DNA of 64,000 bases from Curvularia clavata (lineage: Eukaryota), in contig CP089275.1 in NCBI GenBank assembly GCA_023920165.1, positions 1,054,001 through 1,118,000 on the forward strand. The letters run 5' to 3'. Shown piece after piece: positions 50,568 to 60,399 of this stretch (its first letter is position 1; every line of letters starts with the position of its first letter). Below the pieces are notes generated by a model, which saw only the letters and a list, made by a program, of their open reading frames with translations, searched no databases and was not told the DNA's origin. Position numbers and translations under genes: made by a program.

Positions 50568-52565
50568 CTACATGCTCCTTCGTATAAGTCTCACTCGAAA
50601 TTCAGGCTTCTTCCACAACAAGTGCATCTCACTTTGCCCCTGCCAATCCACCACACTATCAGCTGAAATGTCATAACAAAAGAGCAGTCGAGCAAGGGTG
50701 ATGTTCATTTCCAGCCAGGCCAGACTAAAAAAGATGTCAGTGTCAAAAAGCTTGTACGAAAAGAGAAAATCATCAGATTGGTATTACTAACCTGCGTCCA
50801 AGGCAGCTGCGGCTTCCTAGTGAAAAAGGCTTCGCTGCCTCTAATGAATCACTGCCGGCTTTTTCTTCAAGCCAGCGCGTGGGTTGAAATTGTTCAGGTT
50901 GCGAAAAGTTTTGAGGGCTCATACTGGCAGCATATGGATGGGTTGAAACGCAGAACTAGATTCGAGTTGACTTAGCACGAGAAAAACGGATGAAGATTTG
51001 TAAAAATTAAGAGAAGTCCACGCACCCCTCCTGGGACAAAATGTCCGTCAACCAAAGCACCCCCTTCTGGAACCACTCTAGGTAACCCTAGTGGTAATGG
51101 CGGAAATATTCTGAGGGCTTCCAAGCACACGGCATGCAGATAGCGAAGTCTTGCAGTACTAGGTCCGTCGATGTCTTTGTATGTTGTGAATTTATCGGTG
51201 ATTTCATTCCGTAGGCGCTCCAAAATACCTGGGTTACGGCAGAGGTAGTATAACACTACTGTTAAAGTAGTTGCTGTAGTTTCACTTCCAGCAATGCTAC
51301 CAACTGTTAGCTAACAGGGGTTGCAATAAAACCGAATCAGGGTGTCGTACACAAAATCCGAAGCATGTGCCGCAAATTGAACGTCGCTGATGCCCTCACG
51401 TGCGGACAGCAGATATGCCATGAAATCCTTTCTATCGGTTTTCTCCTCGATCCTCCTTATACACTGTAAGACACTCTGAAGATAGCGATGAGGGGAGAAA
51501 TGGTGACGAACTGCTTGGTGATTCTCATCGTGTATGTTTGATGTCTTTGGCTCGCGGCCATAAGTGAATTGAGCCAGTCTGGTCTGAAGAACATGTAGAC
51601 CTTGCCGACCCAGGGGAATCGCGAGAATGTATCTGAGAAATTGGCCTGGGACATGCTGCCTAGAACATCGTCAATCCAGTGATGCGTTTTCCCTTGAACC
51701 AATGGTGTTAGAATGTTTTCGAATAATTCTTAAGAGGATGTTATTTACCACTTTCGATTCCCTCAAAGTCCTGTCCGAACGCTAGTAATCCAATGATATC
51801 TGTAGAACAGTGAGTAAATACCCAACACGAAGTCCTTTCTTTGAAGCGTACCGAACGTCATCAAGTTAAACCATTTGGTCAAGTCTACCGATCCATCCTG
51901 CTCGCTAACCTGTCCGACCTTATCAACAAATTTGGTAATGACGTTGCTGATCATTCCTTCTTGCTCCCTCAAGCTCTGATCCGAAAATGCGCGCGACAAA
52001 AATTTCCTCATCTGCGCATGCTTCGCGGGATCGCGCTCGCTTACGATGCTGTGTGCCTGGTCCGCAAAGTTTCCGCCATCGTAAAACGCCGACTTGATGA
52101 ACTCATTGCCCTTGCGCGGTGCATAGATATCAGTCCACGATTGTGGTGAGGAGAAGGATACTTCGTTTGGTGAGACACGAATTACGGGTCCTTTGTATGC
52201 TAAGTTAATGGTCTACGAAAAGTGTTGTGGGTAATTGAAAAACAAACCATATCTTTCATGCAGTTTTAGAATATCCCATGGTTGCCTACCACTTAGAAAA
52301 CTTTTGCTGTATGGATACTAGCAATTTTCTCAGTCATTTTCTGTGCAACTGTCATACGAAAACAAGAGTGCGTCTTACGTTGGAGAGCGCTGCCAGCTTG
52401 GGACCAGGAATGTGCGAAAGCGGGTGGAAGTAAAGTCGACGAACAGCTCCTAATACAACGAACGATAACGGCTTCCACATAAGTCAGTAGTTGTGCGTCT
52501 GGGTTTCAATCTCAACTAACAATAAGGGCGGCCCAGACAACGAGGCTTATCGTTGAGGTGTCCAT
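50568..52565 (-). CDS. Cytochrome P450 monooxygenase (CYP65/Tri11-like), multi-exon
   Basis: YFHPLSHIPGP, IAGSETTAT, EALRIFPP, heme motif PFSLGSRSCLGR, C-terminus LLWKKPEFRVRL. Confidence 0.92.
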
Positions 52566-52874
52566 GGCTAGTAGGTGTGAAGGCATCGCCATTGTGTCGG
52601 CTTCGCGATGAAAGATCTGCGCAAAGCGCATGCACCAACGTATGCACACAGACTAACATACTTTTGTTCAAATTGATTGCCGTTGTGCCTAAGTAATGGA
52701 GGCTCCTTTCGAAAAGCCCGTCCTGGTGCCAAAAACGTACAAGTTCCCCTTTCGATGTCTCCCCGGCCGGGCGCCGCCGAGTTGGTGCAAGCCTCCGGCG
52801 AACATGCATATCTGCAAAAGGGCAGCTTCAACCCAAGATTTCGAAACCGGACCAGCCAGAGTTATCGTTTGAAT

Positions 52875-54609
52875 ATGCTGAACGGTACATCCAATTCATT
52901 CGAAGACGTCAGTCTTGGCCGTCTGGCTTTTGGCCGAGCGACGCTGCTGTTGGTGGGGTCCGCTTTGTATCCACATCGCATGACCGCTGCCCTTACTCTC
53001 TTTACGCTATTGGTTTTCTATCGACTTTTATTTGTCTACACTGAAGACAAGCGCGAACCGCGCCTAATCAAGCCTCGATTTCCGCTCATTGGACATGCGA
53101 TCAACATCTACCGGCATGGATCCCGTCATTTTGTGGCAATAGCGTAAGGAACACACTTACTTGCTATTAGCAAGAAATCTGAATTAATTATATAATAGGA
53201 GAAAATGCGGCCTTCCGATATTTTTGCTTCCGATGCCTGGCGGTCGCATCGCCATTGTCACAACCCCGGCTCTGTTGTCCCACGTCGACAAGAACCCAAA
53301 AGCCATTGCATTTGCTCCGATCGCTGCTTTAGTCATTGACAAGCTGTCTGGTTTGTCGAAATCGGGGTCTAAGGTTGTCCTCGACAAACTCATGGGAGAG
53401 GACAAGATGGAAGGGTATATGAATGCCGTGATGAAAGATATTCATGCGACTCTGACACCGGGACCACACCTGGAAACGATCACAACTCAGGTCGCTTATG
53501 ATATCAATGGTTCCATCCGAAAACTTCATGGAAAGACAAGCCGTGTGAACCTGTTGCATTGGTTCAGGCATGAATTTGGCCTATCATCAACAAATGGAAT
53601 TTACGGACCAGAGAATCCATTCAAGGATCCCAAGGTCGAAGCTGGATTTTGGTGAGTGTTCCTAACTCTAATAGTGTCATCATCTCCTAACCTTGATTGT
53701 TGCAGGGCTTTTGACGACAACATTTCCGATTTGCTTATCACACCCAAAGCCAACGTCACATGCCCTTCAGGCGATCGTGGCCGGGCCGACGCTTGGAAGG
53801 GTTTCGAATACTACTTTACAAAAAATGGCCACGAAAAGGGTTCTGAGCTCGTAAAGATCCGCTACAGACATGCTGCTGACCGCGGTCTTTCTAACCTCGA
53901 CATTGGCAAGCTGGAAGTAACGATGATCATTGGTATTCTGACCAACACCGTCCCCACGATATTCTGGGCTGTCTACTACATCTATCGCGATGCACAACTC
54001 CTTAAAGACCTCCGTGAAGAGATCAGCGAATTCGCTGTCAAGACTACCAACGGCCAAGGCGAATCCATATGGACAATCAAGAATGTTGACCTGAACAAAC
54101 GAGCCAAGTTACTAGCAGCGGCAATTGACGAAACCTTCCGTCATAGGACATGTGGTATTTCGAGTCGTTATGTAACCGAGGATATCACATTGGACGATCA
54201 ATATCTCTTGAAGAAAGGAACTATCATGGAACTCCCTAACAACGCTCTCCATTCCAACAGCGAGTACTGGGGAGAAACAGTGAACGAATTCAATCCTCGA
54301 CGCTTCCTGGCCAACCCACGTTCCGCCGAAGCGAAAGCTGCTCGCGGTGCCTTCCGGCCGTTCGGAGGTGGTGCGTCGCTCTGTGCTGGCCGCCACCAGG
54401 CCATGTCACAAATGCTCGGAGCACTTGCCCTCTTCATCATGAGCTCAGACTGCGATCCCGTAGGCGGAGAGTGGAAATTCCCTGGTGCGCACGGACACAC
54501 TATTGCAGCTGCTGTCGACTTGCCCTCGACTGATCTTTGGCTCGATGTGAAGCCTCGGAAAGGTTACGAATCTGACTACTGGCTACTTGACCCGCTGGCG
54601 AAAGATTAG
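52875..54609 (+). CDS. Cytochrome P450 (CYP7/CYP8-like, E-class group IV), 3 exons
   Basis: N-terminal TM segment, PRFPLIGH, I-helix GILTNTVPT, ETFR, FNPRRF, heme motif PFGGGASLCAGRHQA. Confidence 0.9.
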
Positions 54610-56023
54610 ATGGCAGGATTCATAGCACACACGGGCTGGAGGATGCGGGTTGCGTGCGCCTTTCACGAGCGTCCAGAAATTACGGCTGCATAGATTACAA
54701 CGATAGAGCCAAAACTACAAGTAGAATCGCAATGGGCTGGCAATATATCCTTTTTGTTACTTCTCATTTTATCCGCGCCGATGGCTGATGGAAAATAGTC
54801 ATAGGTTTGTTTCTAAGTAACACCCTCCCATACGAACAAACTCGCTATGCTTGTGCCGTCGTTCACAGATAAGCACGAGCACAGCACCACAGCATGAATC
54901 AAAAAATACGAATTTTTGGGGCCCTCGTCGAAGTTTCGCATGGGATAATGTGTATTTTGGCACGTGACTGTGACTGTTAGGCTGTTAGTATAGTGATGGT
55001 ACAGCACGAGATACATAGATGAGATGGAACTATGCGTTAACAGCCATATATTCACGAGATGAATCGCTATCGAGCTTCTCTAGCGATTATTGGAGCTTTA
55101 TAGTCCTAGATGGTCTCTTGCTGACTAAGGTTGGTACAATTGGGCAAGGCTGGGTTAGATTGGCCCAATTTGGTCCTGATCTTGACAGCGACTCAGCATC
55201 AAAGTATCGTGAAATATCGCCAAGTTCTCTTGGCTACGTTGATATTATGAATAAAAAAGGCGCAAGCGCAGTAAAACGCACGTCTGTATATAAACCGGAG
55301 ATAGGGATAAGTATGATCAAAGGTTCATCGTACAAATAGTATATTTTCTTGCTCCCTCTTCCTCAACTCATGGGATAAAATGCACACTCGTTAATCCTCG
55401 TCTCGTCGCGCCTATACCACAAGAGACATAGGCAGTGCTGGTGCCATGGGTGACGAGGATAATATAAGAAGGACCGTTACTTTACAGACATAGTCCTATC
55501 AGACTTCCCAGAACAGTATCAAGTACTTGTATATCTCACTGTATTTTAATTCTAGTCACTAGTCTATCCATGGGACAAATATACAATACAAGCAATGCAA
55601 CGTCTAGAATGTCTTTTGTAGCAAGGTAGTAATTACGTGGCCCCTTGTCCTATAAGGGTCGTCTTGCTAATAGTAACCTCAGTGACCTATCCGGCCACCT
55701 CGTGGTCAGCGTCCAGGGGAGAATCCTCTTGCGTGTTGTAACAGATTAGACATTACGTAACTTTAGGTCCTTCGACAATTATTGCTGTATCCCTTTAAAC
55801 CCTTTTGTATATAGTTATCACTTCGGTTTGACTCCCCATATTCTTCTGAGGACCTGTTAAAGGTAAAATCTGCTTGTTTGTAACAACTTGAAATGAGCGG
55901 CCAACCCATGGGACATGTAAGATATTAAAAAAATGCACTCATGTAGAATATAGATAAATTTCTCCATAGGCGTTTATAGTGTTGGAATATCATCGACCAC
56001 CAAAAAGTTATAGAAACGTAAAG

Positions 56024-56109
56024 CTCTCCAGCGGGGAATTGAACCCCGGACTCCCGCGGGCTGTCAATTGCTTGACAAGCCGAAATACTGACCACTATGT
56101 AACTGTCCT
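56024..56109 (-). tRNA. tRNA-Asp(GTC), intron-containing, 5' acceptor strand damaged (probable pseudogene)
   Basis: The minus strand reads ..ATAGTGGTCAGTATT TCGGC TTGTCA [AGCAATTGACAGCC] C GCGGG AGTC CGGGG TTCAATT CCCCG CTGGAGA G, followed by a T-run terminator. The expected 5' TCTCCAG is replaced by AGGACAG, and there is one G-G mismatch in the anticodon stem. Confidence 0.75.
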
Positions 56110-56509
56110 GTTTGCCAGCATGTCCGCTAAACTTTCTGTTCTGGGTAACACATAGTTATCCGTTAATTTTCTGCTTTTGGTTACTGCAACGTAAACCCGT
56201 TTTGGAACTACAACTTACCAAACCATACTAAATTCCTATCTTGATGACCAGTTCTAGCGTACGGCAACAAAGAGGAAAATACTCTATGCAGAAATTAAAT
56301 CTGTTTTAGAAGCACCAATGGATACACGGCCACATATAGAGACCCTCTCACCTTCCTTCGTCTTCCTCTCCCCCCTTCTTTCTCTTTCTTCCATTCTTTC
56401 GTTTGTTCGTTCGTTGCACCACCTCCTACAAATAGCACACCTTCACCAAGTTCAAGGAAAAGTTTCTTGTTACTACATTCTCTTGATAAAGCTAGTTTTT
56501 ATCTTCAGC

Positions 56510-57000
56510 ATGGTGCGCGGAAGGACTAGAGACACTAATGTAGCTGACCTCCTAAATATAGCACCGGTTATTATGCCACTCCCAACAGCGCTCATAGCTC
56601 CCGCACCAACGATACCAGCAGTTCCACCACAGAGCGTGGCCGCTCCAAATGCCTGTCCGCTGACCGTGCCAATACCAGTAGCAGTGACCAAACTAGAAGA
56701 GGCTATCACGGCGCCAGCCGCAGCGCCATTTACAGGCGCCGCACTTGTACCTACAGCGGCTGTTGCTGCAGAAGGTCCACCAGCAACAACTCTAGCAACT
56801 GCGGTATCCTAAGCGCAGGCGACGCCGAAGGCAGCCGTCGCAGCCACAGGAGGCCTAAATACGATTCCTGCAGTACTAGAAGCCGCAATAACCGTCATCT
56901 TCATAGTATATGGTGAGGGAGTCGTCGTCGGGAAAGATCAATCCCGCAAATGGGCTATTGACGGCGAGAGCCCAACTGAAGCAATGAACCGGTTTATACA
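56510..57000 (+). pseudogene. Degenerate Ala/Pro-rich ORF, possibly a RIP-mutated repeat or TE-derived
   Basis: The Ala/Pro/Thr-rich frame continues past an in-frame TAA at 56810-56812 and has many TpA-containing codons. No recognisable domain. Confidence 0.3.
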
Positions 57001-57442
57001 TAAGGTCGACAGGCAGAACAAGTGCGCTCGAGACTTGCCCCCTAGTAACTCGCACGACAATAAGAAGTGTATTAACGACTGACTGACGGAGATCTACCAC
57101 CCACCAAGCACACATGAGGACCTGCATTGAAGGATCGATGGTGCTGTAATGGCGACATCATAATTTACAAACAGCGCTGACGGCTATTCTTACATTGAAC
57201 TGACAAAGACCCCCCAATGAGCAAAGTTGCATCAAGATCTGCATAGCAGGAGTTTACGTGCACACGTCGATTGGTGAGGTCTTACAACATCTATAATCGT
57301 TTCGCTACCATTCTTGTGCGTAATAAAGCAGCGGCTCTTATATCAGCATTATGACTACGTTGTTTGACCTCGCCATCCCTAGTTCCTAGTTGGTTAATAT
57401 GTATCGACCTTCGTGGTCCGACGTAGCTACTACAACCTACGC

Positions 57443-58100
57443 CTAGCGAAGGCTCAGATTATAATCACTTTTGATGCTGTTACACGCCACGGGCTCCTTT
57501 GGGCTGATCTCTCCCCGCGCGATTTTCTGTTCCAACTGCTCCTTTTCCTCGCGATACTTTCTCATGTTATCATCACGCTCGTTCTTGGAGCCCATTGGTG
57601 GAATAATGCCTGGTGGAGGCCTCAACCACTGTCTAGAGATTTTCGTACCGAATTAGTCAATGTTTAAAGATGGAGTGTATATATTAGGTCACTGACTCCT
57701 GCGGGATCGTTCTTCCATCAACTCCACGGAACTGGTCTTCCGTCGCTTGGCTCCAACGTCGTGTGTCAAGATAGGCCTTGATCATCGCTGGTGACATGGG
57801 TTTCGCGTCGTATATTTCGTAGTCAGTTGGTAGATTGGGCGGTGTGGGTAAATAGTGGAGAATCCTGTAGACTCCATCGGTGCAAACCATAGAGATGCAC
57901 TTCCTATCTGCTGGCGTCTGCATTGATCTGACCAGGGTATTAAATTGCTCTTTTCCAGTCTCGACATGAGCAGGCCGTGGAGTCACACTCTTGCTGTCTT
58001 CATTCTGAGCCGATCGTCTTAGCTCAAGCTGGTCTGAACCTTGATCTCCATTTTCAGATCCTTCTTGGGCAGGTGGCAGCTGTGCCGTTGGCGATGACAT
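57443..58100 (-). CDS. Cytosolic hypothetical protein (2 exons) with DGVYR / DAKPMSP / FRGVDGR motifs
   Basis: An intron at ~57633-57696 joins GVDGRTIPQ-E-QWLRPPPG in frame. No signal peptide. TATAAATA upstream (~58275). Confidence 0.72.
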
Positions 58101-59023
58101 GTTTGTCTTGTTCTTAGTGCTGGAAGCATTCGAGCGCTTATCACTTCTCCAAACGTATGTCGATGAAAGGCTCGGGTAAAATCCAGACAAGAGTGGGCTA
58201 CAGTGGATACGTATAGTAGTAATAGGAGCTTAGGTTGGCCGTGGGTGAAGCATGTCAGCAGTGTCCATAATATTTATAAGCGATAACTACATCTCTTGCT
58301 GACGGATCGGCTCCTTCATGACGTAGCGTGGCGAAAACTAGCAAGTCAGCTGCGCGAATACACATAAACCAATTAAGGTACCACATGCAACACGAGTTGC
58401 AATAATAACCAAAGACGATGGAGCCATGCATAGTAGAACGTTTCGTTCGCAATGCCTGCTGTTGGAAGGGCTCAGTACGATTGTAGGGGTGACAACGGCT
58501 AAACGCGTTGTTTCTTCAATGTTGCTATGTTCTATCTCGCTACTCAACGTGCTGCTGTGTTACGGAACAAACCACCAACAATTTGACACTCCAAACGGGA
58601 AGACATTGTTGTACCCATTGTAGATTGCTACACTCGCGATCATGAGATAGGAAAGGCAGTAACAAATATGTATATATCCATACCCGCAGCAATTTACGTG
58701 CAGCAGTGAGGGGAGAGGAGAGTGTGATGCAGGAATAGAGCTATGCAGCTGTGCCTCAAGCACACAGGAATCCTATATCTCTACGAAGGCCTCGCTGATG
58801 CTGTGCCTCATACCTGCAACAACTCACGTACATCAATAAGAGGAGTGTACTGCAAAGTGTAGATGCCGCTTTAGTGTATTTAGCGGGACTGGGGAAGGAA
58901 GTAGTTCTTAGTCGAGATATATAAAGCACCCACTCGCTGTGACTTATCGCATATCTCACCTGTATAACTCAATATATCATGAAGTATTCTGCCAGACTTG
59001 CTGTTCAAGCTCCTGCCTCCAAT

Positions 59024-59669
59024 ATGAAGCTCACGTTTATCTTGTCCGCTAGCACAACCTTTCTGCTGGCAGCAGCTGCCACAGACGAGCCAGTAGGCAC
59101 TCAAACGAGATGGATGCATCTGATGGAATACTAATGGTACATTTCAAGTCGCTCGCTGAAGCATTCAAGATCTTCAAGTCAAGCGATGGTGTAATGCATC
59201 TTGGAGAAGACAGAGTGCTGTACAGTTTGAACGCTGCTCGTGACACCGTCATCGACTAAGTCCAACTCAGTGAGCATCAGATTGCCGAGCTCCTCTCAAA
59301 ATACGACAAGAATCATGCTTTCATGCCAGGCATGTAAGCAAGACCATCCACCTAACTATTTTACACGGTTTCTAAACACTAATGTCGCCTTTAGTGACGG
59401 CCGCGCAGTAACGTCCGATGCTCAGCTGTGGGCTATTCCCGACACGATAGTCGCAGGCACACCAAATGTGAAAACGTTCAAGAACATCAGGGTACGCAGA
59501 GCTTTGATTGGGGGCCGGGCAGATTGTGTCGAGGGTACTATCTGCAATGAGAGTAGTGACTGCCATCAGGTACAACTGTGTATCATGCATTCAATCTATA
59601 CCGTCGCCGTGCAACTTTGGTTCGTGCCCACCCACTGAGCCGGACGGAGAGTGCTATATCAATATGTGA
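59024..59669 (+). pseudogene. Pseudogenised secreted pre-pro-protein with a C-terminal 8-Cys peptide (3 exons)
   Basis: Signal MKLTFILSASTTFLLAAAA, introns 59093-59148 and 59334-59394, in-frame TAA at 59257-59259, and a 1-nt frameshift near 59563. The repaired tail reads ADCVEGTICNESSDCIRYNCVSCIQSIPSPCNFGSCPPTEPDGECYINM. TATATAAA at ~58918. Confidence 0.7.
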
Positions 59670-60399
59670 TCGCCTACAAGAGGTTTTCCATGGTCTATCA
59701 CCTGAATTAGCATGGAGATGACATGGCGAAGGGGCTAGCTACTACATTACTATGACCATGCCTGATGATCCATACTACAAACACATTCCTTCAGATCTAC
59801 TCCTAACTATATTCCTTTTTAGGTCACTTATAGTGCGACCATTGACAACTTGAATAATGATTGTACTACTGGAACTGACTGGGGTACGAACATATATTCG
59901 AGCAACATTGCCGTTTCTTCAAAGTATCCATCGGAGGCCCGCCGCTACATGAGCAGCGTTGTGAACAATCAAGTTTGGGTCAAGCACCTGCTTGAACTTG
60001 ATTGAGTTTCTCAAATTCAAGTAGCCAATTTTCCTTGCTGAAAATGGCATGCCCAAGCAAGTAAGTTTGGACAATTGTTGACCAAAACCTTGAGCTTGCT
60101 TGACTCGCTTAACATTTTGTGGTAACAGGGGGTGGTCAGAGGCGTTAGTGATACTTTCTTGGCGTTGCAACATCGGCCACTCCCTAACGCTGTAAATAAA
60201 TAGGCACTACTATAGCAAACGGATCTAGAAATAGATCGCTAAGTGAACCGAGCCTATGCAAAAAAGCTTACACCATCGAGTCCAAGATATGGGTGACGGA
60301 TCAGAGTGCGTCGCGTTAGGTTGGGTGGGGCGTGCAGCTTACTTTTTTGGGTGGTTGCTATGCGGATACAAAATGCATCCGCACGCTATGCCGTTTGTG

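Larger units (their letters stand above)
35630..54609. other. Sesquiterpenoid (eremophilane-type) biosynthetic gene cluster, 10 genes
   Basis: Contiguous TF, P450, P450, SDR, MFS, acyltransferase, terpene cyclase, HMG-CoA synthase, P450, P450 with short intergenic gaps, bounded by gene-poor flanks. Confidence 0.88.

Noticed and set aside
55617..55760. LTR-like fragment beginning TGTAGC
   Set aside because: No clear CA terminus or TSD.
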